Positions 42,401 through 56,013 of a DNA stretch of 64,000 nucleotides are shown here, piece by piece (positions within the stretch are counted from its first letter, which is position 1; each line of letters opens with the position of its first letter). The DNA comes from Chrysomallon squamiferum (Eukaryota; Animalia; Mollusca), in assembly GCA_012295275.1 (NCBI GenBank), contig CM022677.1, forward strand, positions 6,882,001 through 6,946,000, in the 5' to 3' direction. The position numbers were made by a program, and so were the translations under genes. The notes under the pieces are model-generated. The model searched no databases. It had not been told where the DNA came from and was given only the letters and a program-made list of their open reading frames with translations.

Positions 42401-44394
42401 AAAAACAAAAAACAATAATAAAGAATAAAACAAATTCAAACAGACTTTTGATATTTTTCTTTACATAACTGCCAGTTCACAGCAACAAGGTAAGGCTATC
42501 AGTATCACAGCCAATATTCAAGTATTTGTGAGAAAAAAATTACAAAAAAAAAAGAAAAACAATTATGCCTAGTGTTACTGGTTTATAGATAACACATGAA
42601 TTATATCTGACAAAGAACTAAAAAAATAAAAAAATAAAAATATGGTTTGTTAAATGATTATAAAAATATGTAACACGCATTTCAAAATCATTATTGATAA
42701 ATAATAATGAAAATTTAATGGCATTAAGTGAAATATATCTGTGTCATGTGACAGCATCACCAGGTAGATTAATAGTGTGATTGTATAAGTTATACTGTTT
42801 AATATTACTTTACTTGGAGATAGCTTTTAAAAAGAACAATGAGAACAAAATATGTAGATGAAATCTGATACTTTTCAAATTTAATTACCACTACTACTAA
42901 TAATTATAATGACAATAATAATAATAATTTAAGAAAGAAAATCAAAATCAAAATAGAATATTACATGTATACAAAAAAATTAGCTATTGATCAGATTTTA
43001 CATTATAAATACCACCCTAATAATGATCTATAGCATCTTTAATTTATTGTAACAATTAACCACTTATTAAGATTAATTAAATGCTCTAGATAGTGTTTTG
43101 ATTGTACATGTATGTAATAATACACATGAATAAAGCTTAAACACATAAATCTGAGAATAACAGATTTCAATATTTCTGGTCCATTAAATTTAGCAATGGC
43201 TTAATTTAGAGTAATAATAATAATAATTAGCAGGGCTTTAAAAATAAGAAAATTAATAAGCAAATGAACAAGCTAATTTAATCTGCAAATAAAGATTTAA
43301 AATAAAATTTAACAGAAAAGATAATTTATGATATAACAAAATGGTGATTTCTAACTACATTATTAACATCATTATTTTGATGCATATTTCAACATGGTAA
43401 ACATTCTGAAAATTCTGCTTACATTCATGTGTGCACTTTGTCAAAAAATTAAATGTGTTTCTATAACACATAAAAACTGAAATATTTTAGAATTATATTT
43501 TATATTATAATTATTTAAAACAATAAATTACTAATCTGACTAAATGAAGAAATGATAAATAAGCTTTAAACTAATGGATGATAAAATTAGTTAATTTTGC
43601 TTATAAAAATTGAACTTAATGAATATGTGATAAATAAATAAATTTATTTTAAAAAAATAATTTATAAAAAAAGAAGGAAACATAAAAATCTAAATATTAT
43701 ATATTCCATGTTTACTGGTACCAGCATTTCCTAATAATAAAGAATAACAATATTTTAACAGGCTTGTATACAAAGGATGCCTTACAGAATATTTTTTTTT
43801 TTTTTTTTTTTAAATTTATCTATGTATCACAAAATATGAGAAATGTAAACTAAAACCTCACAGACTGAGTAAATTAGTGTAAAATGCCGGCATACTCAGT
43901 CAGTTAGTGCTTTTTGTATGGATGAATGATGTTAATGATGGAAAAATAAATATACACATGAAAGAATAACAAATAAATAAATAAAATAATAACAAAGATA
44001 TAAGAAGAAAAAAAAATCATAAGATAAAGAAAAAACAATGCTAATGGAAATATGGAAATAATGAAGTATTCTAAGTTATCAGGATATTTGATTTAAATGT
44101 AAATTCTGAAATAAAAAATGTATTATCTTTTAGAAACACTTCATTTATAATCTGATTACTGATAAATATAAACGTGAGTAAAATAAAGAAGAAATATTTT
44201 ATTTAAGAACATACACACCATGTTTTTACTACTTCTTTGTGTCTTTAAAGGTAAACAACAATTCAGCTAATGAAAAAGAAAACCTGTTTCTGCAACGTGA
44301 ACTGACAGCCTGACAAACTAAAAATCTGTTTTTACATATACCTTTCCACAAAAAACAAACATACACCTCTTTTGGTAGATAACATTATTAGTCC

Positions 44395-44462
44395 TCCATG
44401 CAGAACTCATCCTGGAACACAACAAACCTTGGCCATGCACTCTAACCACTGAGCCAGTCTAT
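44395..44462 (-). mobile_element. Possible tRNA-derived SINE head remnant
   Basis: Minus strand TGGCTCAGTGGTTAGAGTGC matches a Pol III A box; the B box is degenerate. Confidence 0.3.
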
Positions 44463-45176
44463 CCATCACTATAAGATTAACACAACTGATTAAGTGAATA
44501 CTTACAGAGTAGAGTTTGATTTGTTTAGTTCTGGATCTCGACTCAGTTTTGTGAAAGCTAATGAGTACTTGGTGTTTCGTGACATTTGACTTCCATTACC
44601 ATAGCGAGATGCTGAATTAAAATTAATAAAAATAATAATAAGCCCTGCAATATCAGCTGTCTGATGAAATAAATCTTCATAAAATTTAACTGATGAGCAC
44701 TCATTTAAAAAATCCTTTAATATTAACTTTCTTTATTGGCAGCTTCTGAAATACTGACATTATATAAGGATCTTTAAAAGCCTGAAAGCATCCATTTTAA
44801 ATAATACAAATATATTTACATAGGTAAAAGCATTCATCAGTCTGTACACTAAAACTGAATATTACAAATATCAATTTTTCCAGTACAATAACAAATTTCA
44901 TAAATTCATATAATAAAAGATGTAATACAGTTTTTTGGCTGGCAATGTACATTTTTTTAAAGAAAAATCCTGAACCATAACTAAAAACTTTCTCTTTTCT
45001 GACCATTCAGAAGATGTTAGTTTTATCAAGTGGAAAAAGTTGATGGTACGGTACTGATCACAGAATGTTTTGATGAGGTGTAGATTACATAAAGAATTAG
45101 CTGTTCCTAACCCATCTTTCAAACATATTTGAAAAATAAATAAATAACAATGAAGCCATAAATATTTAATAACATG

Positions 45177-45235
<59 letters not shown>

Positions 45236-47981
45236 CAACAGAAACCCTGACCTAATAATAAAATAAGAATTTGTCAATTATGAAATATAAAATTTAAAAA
45301 CAACAACAACACATCTGTCTTACTAGATATTAACATTCATAAATTTAATGCTAAATTTTAAAGTTACCATCTGATATATTATTTTATTTACAAAAATAGT
45401 GCCAAAAGAAACAAACCCATGAAATTTGAGAGACTGCAGACAATAGAAACTACAGACAACAGCTACAGTACATCCATCTCCAGTGTATTTTAGTGTGTCT
45501 GTCATCACAGGAACAGTGACACTGTGTGAAGGCTGGCAGTTCCATCCGGTAACAGGAAAGTTAAATATTTTAAAATAATTATAAAATATTATACTTCTTC
45601 TTCTTTTGTTTTAAAATATAGAAATTTACCACAAAATAATCAAGTCTATATATTCTATAACACAAAAGCTAACAGATTTGGTTTTTTGCCTAGGTTGTCC
45701 CTTTAATAAATAATGTTACCAAGTGTGAGGGAAGAATTTTCCACCTGTAAAAGTCATGTATCCTGACTGCTGATTCTGTCTGCCGAATCAACAAAATGCC
45801 TCAGTGTTACAGGTTCTTCTTTTACAGAATGATCTGGCAACACACGTCTAGCGGCAAAGTTCATAAAACGTTGCCAAATTAAACAAGTCCCTTTTTTCTT
45901 ATAAAAGCCTGGAGATTTTTTTGTTAGGAGAGAAATGTGGAACCATCGCTGTCCCCTAAACACACCTGGTAACTAGTTATTTATATATTTGCTGGTTTTA
46001 TTGTATTAACCCGTATGTGGTTGATGTGGCAGATTAAAATATTTCTATTCATCTATATTTGTCTTTACTAGTGAATGTTCAATGTTATGTGAATACTGTA
46101 TTTAAAAGTGCCTGTGTTTGTTCTGTTCTAGTATTACGGTATTTATAATATATAGCATATACTGATATTGACCAGAAGAGCAAGCCAACTCAGGTTGTAC
46201 CTGCCCGAGACAGATACACATTTACAACTTAGGGGAATCCCTAAAGCATTATAATGATATTATTAATAATAATAATAAAAATAAAAATTAACAAAACAGC
46301 AAATAACTGATCATTATTACACTGTTTTATTGTTAATTAAGAATTGTCTCTAAGACACAAAATAAAATAAACTCACAACTCAGAATGCATGAGAATGGTT
46401 TCTGTAACAGCTGATTCATCCTTCTCCATGATGTAAGTTACCTTTCTAGGCAGCACCTCAATATACTGATATGACCTACATAAAATATTTAACATCAGTA
46501 GTAAGTATATAATTTATTAATTTTAATAAAAACAATAAATTTTATTATTAATCTACATTTGTCAGACAAACGCATTTTTTCTGCTTATTATCATTTGTTG
46601 ATATTTCAATTATTTTTATCACATTTTAATCATGACGATGATAAAAATTAATATCAATAATATTAATAACCTTAACAATAACAATAGTAGTAGTAGTAGT
46701 AATAGTAGTAATAATAGTAGTAATAACGCATAAATAGTAAAAATAGCAATAATAACACAACAATAACAGTAACAATAATTTACTATATACATTTTCATCT
46801 ATTATTGATTATAATAAATATAATATTTGTTAATGAGAAAAAGAAGGAATGAATGTTTTATTCAACAACATGTATATAGCATCATATTTTTGCTTTTGCA
46901 TTTAACACGTTTTATGAAGGAATGTGGTAACTATACTGTAGAAAAATGTGTCATGACGGGAAACACAAATTTCTTCATAGATAATTTTCAGAGCATTTAT
47001 TTTTTCTATTTTTGATGAATAATTATAAGTATTATACAAAGTCTGAAACGAGGTAATTCAAACAAAATGACAATGCACATAATAACTTTCATAATTAGAA
47101 TATATATCTTGAAATATTTGAATTTTTTTTTAATATTTCACTCACATCTCATTTTTCATATAAATATTCTTTAAAGTAATAATAATAATAAAAAGAAGAT
47201 GAAGAAAAAGAAAAAACATTCTGTGGTAAATATATTCAAAACATTGTGGTTTATCGAGACTAGTCTAGCTATTTCTATGAAGCAAATTACTAAGAAACAG
47301 AACCGAAAGGAACACATTTGTTTTACCTCATCTAATTTTTCGGAAGGCGAACTTCCTCGATCCCCATATGCAGAGACTGTGTCCAAACCTAGAAATATAT
47401 AATATCCTACATATGCAACTATATACCACTATACAAATAAAAAAAATTGCAAACAAATTAAATTTACATGGCTGAAATAAGATTTCTTCTTCTTTTTTTC
47501 CCCTTTTTTTTCGCCTCAGCTGATTTCCGCTATCTTTAATATCACAACATGCACGATGTCGACCGAGGTATCACACAGCTGTGGCTAAACACCTTTCAAA
47601 CAATCAGAGGCTGAGAACTGTCACAGGATCAGTATACGTACACTTCCCCTACAGAGTAATATTACAATGCGGGATGTGGAACACGGATGAGAGAATGAAA
47701 GGAATAAACGAGTAAACATGCAAAAGAAAATTTAATAGAAAGCTATAACAGTTATAGAAATTATGAACTATGATAGAATTAAAACAAAACAAATATAATT
47801 AGAATGAAAAGAACGAAACAATAAAAGAACGGGAGACAGAATTAAAACACAGTTAGAAATGGTGTTAGCTTCAGAATTAAGTTCAGTCCTTTCGTTAAGG
47901 TTACGTTTAAGGTATGTTATGGTTAGGATCAGGGTTATTTAAATTTTATTATCAATGTTACGATAATGTGCAAAAAATAGC

Positions 47982-48298
47982 TGTCGTCTAGTAGGAATGG
48001 CTCTGGATAAGGGCCAACGGTCTTCTGCCACTCGTCTGGTAGGTGTGAACTCAGAGAGGTGCTGTGGTACTGGAGGAGTCTTGTGTTGCTTGCGTAAACA
48101 GCGCTTGGTGTGCTCCTGGACAGGTAGGCGTGCCTGCACCTTTGTCCGAGCTCGGCTGTGACTTGAGTGAAGATCTGTGATGACTTTTCCAGTGAGTTTG
48201 CAGCGTGGTCACACATGGTGTATGAGATTTCAGTCATCAGGTGCGTGAACGACCGGGTTCAGTCATATCTGCCGTAGTGCTGAGTGTAGCCACACAAC
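47982..48298 (-). mobile_element. Mutator-like (FLYWCH-MULE) transposase fragment, frameshifted
   Basis: Stitching frames gives CVATLSTTADM...AANSLEKSSQIFTQVTAEL..VQARLPVQEHTKRCLRKQHKTPPVPQHLSEF.LPDEWQKTVGPYPEPFLLDDS. This resembles the linker preceding the MULE domain (LP...R..P..P..L....P....T..GE.FLL.DS). Confidence 0.7.
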
Positions 48299-48597
48299 CT
48301 ACAAAGACATAATACAACACTAATTAATACCAGAATATGAAGTCATTGGGAAATATTGATATTCAAACCTTAGACCCATCATATAATTTTTTACTGTGAT
48401 CTGAAGAAATATACAAGAATTTCCCGCCCCTCCAATTAAATCGCATTTATTAACACATCATTGCATTTAAGAAATTTAAAATATATATAAAATCATCTAC
48501 AGTATATGCACCCATATACATACCAAGACTGACTTTCTTGGAGTACTTCCACCAAATCTTCTGTATTGATATCAAGGGTAATCTGGGAAGCCATATA

Positions 48598-48668
48598 CAG
48601 GGATAGATCTGAAGATAAGATAAAGGGATAGATCTGAGGATAAGATAAAGGGATAGATCTGAGGACAT
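48598..48668. repeat. 25-bp tandem repeat, about 3 units
   Basis: AGGGATAGATCTGA.GATAAGATAA repeated. Confidence 0.85.
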
Positions 48669-50021
48669 AAAGAGAAGAGATTACCCTTTGAATGGGTCAA
48701 TTAGAGAATGGCTTCTTAAATGGTTTCTTCAAAGAAAATGATAATTGAGACATTTAAAGAACCCATTGGATAGGTCAAGGACTCAATGACAATTAAAACT
48801 CAATTGGGCAATTTAACTGGGAAACTGACTTATGTTAGAGAGATGTAGAGATAGAGATTGACATAGTATTTATGGTGAAACATATGGATTATCAATTGGG
48901 GAATGATAATTAATGGGTGAAAGAGCTGCATATTTATGATGAGTATTTAAGAAGCATTAAAAATATTGTTTGGCAAAAACATAATTTGAAATACCTTTAA
49001 CATATTTAAAATAGGAATTTTAGTAAAAAAAAAAAATGTAATGTTTCTTTCTTTCCGTTTCTTTATTTTTTTCCTGTTAATTTTTTCCGTTTCTTTCTAT
49101 CCTGTTGCATTCTTTCCCAGAACCATATTTTTAGTACCATTTTTTTTTCTCAACTGTTTTAAATCCTGACATCTGCAAAATCAAACCCATTGGATTTTAT
49201 CTAAAAACAATAAATGGAAAATCATGCTAAAATTGTTATAATTCATATAATTTAAAACAAACAAACAACAACAACAAAAAGATAGTCTTTGTGCGTGTTT
49301 TTTTTTTATTATGTATATATTGATCAAAATCTGTTTTTGTTGTCTGTCAACCAGCAAAAGATAATCTGACATAATCATTATATAAATACAGAGTTATTTC
49401 CCTTAGACCATTAATGCATATGCAATGTCAAGCTAAATTCGGTTTACTACATTTAGATGAAATTGGCTAATTCTCTAAATGTTTTAGTAAAATATTTTAA
49501 TAGTTAATATTAAATTCAACAGTTGATAAAGAGCCAGTTTTCATTATTTGTTGCTTTATTTGATTTATTATTATTACTTAATTAATTATTGAAAAATTCC
49601 TATTTCGTTTATAACATTTATTTGTTATTTTATTTCTTTTTCGATTTGTATCTTGAGTAAAAGCATTGCCATTTACACTATAAATCTCGAACAGTCACGA
49701 TCACTCTGGGTTTCTTCGTGTGATATCTGCTTTCGTTTTGTATAATATAAACAAGTGAATAGTTCTTATTTAAAATTGTCATTTTTTCAGTAGTAAATGT
49801 AGAGTAAAACGTATTTGTAGCAAACGCAACGTGTCACTCGAGTATCGATTACGTCATTAGTTTTACACACTATACGATGTAAAACAAGTTTCTAAGGCGG
49901 ACACAATTTTGAATCCTTTTTTTATAAATAAAATAAACTATACAGGAACAGGTGAAGATGTTGAAGTGAATATAAACTACTCTGCTGGATAAGCTTAATG
50001 TTTTTTGTTTTCGTTTTCTTT

Positions 50022-50039
50022 TATTATTATTATTATTAT

Positions 50040-50122
<83 letters not shown>
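50022..50122. repeat. (TAT)n(TAG)n microsatellite
   Basis: Directly visible. Confidence 0.95.
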
Positions 50123-50554
50123 TTGAAAACGTGAGAAGAATGGTGAAAACGGAGATACACTTTACCTGAACAAGAAAACTTTGTGACATATTATATCATC
50201 GCTGCTTTATTATCAATGTTTTCTACAGTGTTTATAACTAAATTACTGAAGTTGTAATTACAGCAACCACTGTGCACATCTCTACAATCTGAGAGGTAGA
50301 TAGGTAGACGGACAGACAGACAGAGAGAAAAAAAAAAAGCCAACACTGAACTGAGTAATTAATGTGACCAATAAAAGAAAATACGTGAAAAGCGAGGTTA
50401 ATGTGATATTATATTATAATGCATGTACAAGCATTTTCTTACAAGTTCATTTGCCTATCAAATCTATCTAACTACATATGTAAACACCATCTCCGTGATA
50501 TCAACTTAACAACGTATCCTCTAAGGCAAATAGGTATACCAAACTCTCTCTCTG

Positions 50555-50595
<41 letters not shown>

Positions 50596-52321
50596 CACAC
50601 ACACACACATACACACACTCAAATACACAGTCACCAAGAATCATTCTACATAAACAAGTCACTGAAAATAACCATGATGCCCAAATCCAATTTTTATTTT
50701 TAAAAAATGTCCACCTACACCAGCACTTATCTACTGTTTTACTTTGATCTTACCCATCACTTCCCTGTCCCTAGAGAATTAACACACCCCTCAAAAATAT
50801 TCAACAGATCTGTATACCCTCCTCAATCATATATATATATAAATGTTAGTAATGTTAGAAATAAATTATCCGTAAAGAAAACAAGCACATTGTGGTTTTA
50901 AAATCAGTTTTATTTCAATTAATGGTTACAGAAAGTGGTAAATTTTAGTTTTTAAAATTACTTCATTTAATAATTGTTAACACACTGATTTCAAAAACCA
51001 TATTTATTTCATTTAATAGAGAAATAGTAAAAAAAACTATAATTTCAAAAATCATTTATTTCATTTAATAATAAATTGTTTACATAAAATATCAAAACAG
51101 ATGCATTAACTTTACATAATTTTATTTTATTTCATTTAATAATAAATTGTTTACAGAAAATAGTAAAAAGAAATAACAAAATGGTTTTAAAAATTGCTTT
51201 TATTTCATATTTAATGTTTACAGTAAATAGTTAAAAAAAAACAAAGTAATTTACAAAAGCAGTTTCAGTTTACTTCATTTCATTTAAAGTTTACTAAAGT
51301 ATTAGTAATAAAAATAAAAACAATTAAGTACTGAGCAGAATGAATTTTAAAATAAGTTTAATGTTAATAAATTTTTCATAATTAAGAGAGAGAGAGCTTG
51401 TTGTTGTTGTTTTTTTATTATTATTTCTTACTCCTTTAAGTTCTGTTCTTGTTTTATTTATTTATTTATTTATTTATTTACTTATTATTTTTTATTTATA
51501 AAGGAGTAATGTTGTCCTTGCTAGTAACTGTGGTGAGTTAGTAGTTGGAAGTATGTTTGATTACTGCATTTTTTTTTTTTTTTTTAATCACAATGAGGCC
51601 CATTTTAGGTGGCAGAATAATTTCTGGTTTTGATGGTCTAGATCAGATAATGTAATTAGAGATGGTTTTTATTGTTATTTATTTTAATGATGATTGTTAT
51701 GAGGCTTTGTTTGGGTTATCAGATACTTAAATGTCTGTTGCAGATGTCTGTCAATGTACATCCACTCAATCATGAAGACAGTTATAACAAACAGTTAGAT
51801 AACTGCTTCCATTGGTCAGCAAGAAAAAATATGTTATAAACACCTTCTCATAGACAGTAAAACATCTGTCACAGATTTTGATCATTCATTCACTGAGTTC
51901 TACTCAGAACAGGAAAATCCTAATACTTACTGAGACAAAAACTGATCTTGTTGGTCAGATCTCACTGAAAAACAGTCACCTTCATTTTATTATCACTGTG
52001 AAATAAAAACTATAACACACCTTGTAATTTCACCTACTCTATGCCTGTGTCTAACAAAGTGGAAATTTGCACATTATTTATAGTATTTTTGACAAACAAG
52101 TAATCTGAACATTGTTCAAAGTTCTTGTACCCTGAACATTTTCAGTAACCTCCCTTTGTTTAACTTTCACCAGTTACACCAATTCCTACCATCCATTTCA
52201 CAAAAGCTGGTGAACCACTGTTATTATAATTATTATTATAATTAGTAGTAGTAGTAGTAATACTACTGTTATTGTTATTACAGCTTCTGCTACAAAAAAA
52301 TATTATTATCTCTATTATTAT

Positions 52322-52356
<35 letters not shown>

Positions 52357-53298
52357 CTGGATTGATATTGATTGTTACTGGAAGTATTATTATATATATA
52401 AGTATTGTTCTTATTATTGTTATTATTATTCCTGTTGTTATTATTTATTATTATTGTTATTGTTATTAATATTTATTATTGTTATTATTATTGTTATTAT
52501 TGTTATTATTATTATTACTTATTATTATTATTATTTTATTATTATCCAAATTTATTATCTGTTGTTGTTGATGGTATTGTTGTTTATGTTTTGTTGTTAT
52601 GTTGTTATTGTTGTTGTGGTAATCCACGGAGACTGTGTGCTGACTAGTAATTTTTTGTTGTTGTTTTGGAAAACTGCTGAACCAGTCTTGTCACCCTGAA
52701 TGAAGGGATGCAACGGAACTAAGAACCCTGACTGTCTACTGAGTTGAACTTTAACCTCAAACTGAACAATAGCTTATTGAACTGTATATGTAACTCTGTA
52801 TGTTGTTTGGGTTTTGTGTGTGTGTGCATTTGATGTCCAAATTTAAAAACAAGTAGTGAAAATATTAAAATTATTAATTATAAAAATACAACAACATAAT
52901 CTGACTCAAAAAGCCATGTTTTTGTTGTTGTTTTAATGTTTAAACAGTCTTGTCGTTTCATCCAAAACCCAGACAAGAATCCAGGAGAGCAGTACACATT
53001 GACCTTCACCTTGATCCAAAACAAACAAACTTATTCCAAATACCAAGTTCACAAATCACCTTTCTGTGTGTGAGGAGATGTCCAGGTAAAAACCAAAACT
53101 CAGCAGAAAAATAGTAAAAATGTATTAATTATAAAAAACAACAACAACATAATCTGTTCAAAAAGCCATTTTCAGCATCATCAAACAACCACTATAAACT
53201 GACCATTACATCCAAAAGTCCTCAGCATATTGTTCATTTGATTATTATCAGTTGTTGATTAGGATGTTCACAGCCCAAGGGTATAACAAACAAACCCA

Positions 53299-53646
53299 TT
53301 GAATACAATTTTGATACATCAAATCACCTTTCAGCATGCACGGCCGAATTCCAGCAGACCAGACCTACTCAGCAGAATACAACATCTACACGAAATTGTC
53401 GGAGCTGACAGTGTATATCTACCTGAAGCGACTGCTATCGGACAAAGTATAGTTGAATCTTCTGTAGAAGGCATTGCTAGCTATACTAAAACTCAAATAA
53501 AGGACGCTTTGGATCAATTCACTGATTTTGTGAATTCAAAAGATACAGCAGTAGATAATAACGTTTCATCTGAAGAACGAGAGGAATTGGAAACTGAAGA
53601 GGACGAATACATATCATATATGCGTACTACAAGTCCAATTTCATGA
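53299..53646 (+). CDS. Small acidic ORF upstream of capsid copy 1 (possible VP N-terminal/accessory ORF)
   Basis: 115 codons; the listed start is TTG and the true start is uncertain. The C-terminal half SSVEGIASYTKTQIKDAL...EEDEYISYM is conserved in copy 2. Its stop overlaps the capsid ATG (ATGA at 53643). Confidence 0.6.
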   Translation: MNTILIHQITFQHARPNSSRPDLLSRIQHLHEIVGADSVYLPEATAIGQSIVESSVEGIASYTKTQIKDALDQFTDFVNSKDTAVDNNVSSEEREELETEEDEYISYMRTTSPIS

Positions 53647-55510
53647 ATAAAGGGAAACGTATATTAAACAAGAAGGACATTACCAGACTTTGGGCTATAG
53701 CTAAAGCTAAAGCATTTGATATATTATCAGAGATAAATGTGCCGGTGGATCAGCGCCAAAACAGGTGGTTACAAATTCGACGTCAATATCCAAATTTACA
53801 GATTCCAAATCAAGATTTCTATTCGGCAATACAAAATATTCGGAACGAATATAACCATATTGAAGATCAAGACGAAGAGGACCCTTTTAATACGCCTATA
53901 TACCCAGAAGACGAACAAGCATTAAAAGCATCAGAACAACAAGGCATGACACGACAAAACATCGAACCTGGAGGAGGATCTAGCTCCAAAGTTCCTAATA
54001 ATAATCAACTATCTACGAGGATATCACAAGATGTATTGGATCAATCTAATTCCAAAGGAACGTATCTTCAACCTCAAGAGTTCGTATTGGAACCTGATTC
54101 TATCATGAACGAAGAAGTAACTGATACAGGTGGAAGTGAAGCCGTAGAAGGTGCTCCTATGGCCTCTGCTACAGGAAATAACGTTTTATACCAAGGATTT
54201 GGAGATACAACGTCTGAAGCTAATCCGAGGTATATTACCATTAAAAAAACATTTAAACGAACATTCACTAGTGTGATTAATTTCTCTAAACAAAGAAAAG
54301 CTAGTATGTCAGTTATAGATAATGCAACAAATGCTTCAGCATGGAAAAATGCAATAGGTGATCCAAATGTATGTGAATTTACATTCAATCATGGTGGTCA
54401 CATTATACCTTATTGGTATAAAGCAGCTAGCACGAAGGCAGACGATTGGAATTTACCTGATGAGGTATAATAATATGATAATACATGTTTTAAATAATAC
54501 TAAAGCAGATCCAAACGAAGTACCAGTAATGGCACCTCCAAATGCACAAGTTTGGACATTTACAGATATTTATAATGAGTATGGATTACCTGATAAACAT
54601 TTGGACCTATCTCATAATAATCTGTTCAAAGATGAAGAATGTATGGACAACACATCTCAAAGAAGCATACCGGTTCAACCAGATCGTAAATTATATTTGC
54701 CTAGTGACATAGGTATGCAACTGTTAAACAGTGCTTGGAACAGTGAGGGTGCGACTTATACTGCCGAAACACCTAATTACATATACGATATGAAAAAACA
54801 CGATGGATATAGAGAAACAGTTATTAGTGCAGGTGGTTTCAGTTTGGATTATACATGTAAAGATTCACCTTTAGTTATATTTCCAGGAGAAACAAGTCAT
54901 ACATTAAACTTTACTCAGATTACTGGTAAGGTTAAGAACGATAGATATCAGTCTAGCAACGAAAACAAAGCTAACTTAGAGGTATGGCCTACACACGAAG
55001 TAACAGTAACTGACACTTCTAAACATCCATTAGGGACTGCTATCATTACCTATTTTAACCATCAATACAGAAATGTACACTATTCAGCTTGTTATCAAAA
55101 TAAAGTTGGTAAAGATTTAGGAGCACGATCGATGGCAGATGATGCTAGCACCAAACTAGGTAAAAGCGGTATATCTAGCAATGATTTAGATAATCCAAAT
55201 GTGAACACGTGCATGGACGGTAAACACCGTATCAATGCAATAGACCTCCTATGTTCCTAATAGGTTTATACCCTGATGTAGAGAAAACTAGTAATGGAGC
55301 TACATTATTCTTTAATTACCATGCTAACATACAAATAACTTATTATAGCGAGGTTGAGTTTTTAGTCAGAACGGCAATGTGTCCAAAATACATACCTATA
55401 GGTTTGGGTGGATGTCCGTCAGGTAATATGTCAGGACTTTTTTTTAAATTGAACGATACTACACCTGTAGGAAATAAAGACAATGTTAAGCTTACAGAAC
55501 AACCTAACTT
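53643..55510 (+). pseudogene. Parvovirus-like capsid (VP) gene, copy 1; frameshifted and 3'-truncated
   Basis: ORFs 53643-54470, 54358-55260 and 55251-55529 are collinear with copy 2. Motifs RYITIKKTFKRTF, GHIIPYWY, STKADDWNL, PPMFLIG and ITYYSEVEF echo parvoviral jelly-roll elements. The FVGYKIKRFGFNI segment is deleted at ~54466, there is a frameshift near 55235, and the hairpin block cuts it off. Confidence 0.75.
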
Positions 55511-55843
55511 TTTTTTTTTTTTACAATAACAAGAGTTTAGTTGTCAACCTAACTCTTGTGATTTGTAAAAAAAGCAAAGATCCTCATTACTGGCTTTTGG
55601 CTTTTTGACCAAATGTACTTTAACTTATGCTCCTTTGGGCGAAGCCTAAGCACCTTCGGGTTAAAAGTACTTTTGGTTATAAAGCCAAAAGCCAGTAATG
55701 AAGATCTTTGGGTTTTTTTTACAAATCACAAGTTAGGTTATCGTCTTCGCCCGAAGGAACGCGATCACCTTCGGGTTAAAAGTACATTTGGTTAAAAAGC
55801 CAAAAAGCCAAAAGCCAATATGAGTTAAACTTTTTTTTTTTTT
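55508..55843. repeat. Palindromic hairpin block 1 (one full ~195-nt hairpin plus partial arms)
   Basis: AACCTAACTCTTGTGATTTGT...TGGCTTTTGGCTTTTTGACCAAATGTACTTTAAC / GTTAAAAGTACTTTTGGT..AAAGCCAAAAGCCA...ACAAATCACAAGTTAGGTT spans about 55546-55739. It is near-identical to the block at 60892-61119. Confidence 0.92.
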
Positions 55844-56013
55844 CATCTGTGGAAGCTATTGCGCACTATACTAAAGATCAAATTAAAGAAGCAATCGAAG
55901 AATTTCCTGCTGTTATTGCAAAAAAGGACATATCCGAGTCATCTGTTGACAATAAGGATAAAGAAGAAGAAGAAGAGAACATAAATTATATGAACACATA
56001 TAAACCTGTTTAA
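55843..56013 (+). pseudogene. 5'-truncated homologue of the small acidic ORF (copy 2)
   Basis: Reads SSVEAIAHYTKDQIKEAIEEFPAVIAKKDISESSVDNKDKEEEEENINYMNTYKPV*. Its stop overlaps the next ATG (TAATG, 56011-56015). Confidence 0.7.

Noticed and set aside
54074-54388. Antisense ORFs inside the viral genes (also 56463-56690, 57427-57669, 59534-59917) as ambisense genes
   Set aside because: Short shadows of the plus-strand coding frames, without motifs and not conserved as ORFs between the two capsid copies.
55613-55795. 60-aa ORF in hairpin block 1
   Set aside because: Lies wholly in palindromic non-coding repeat.
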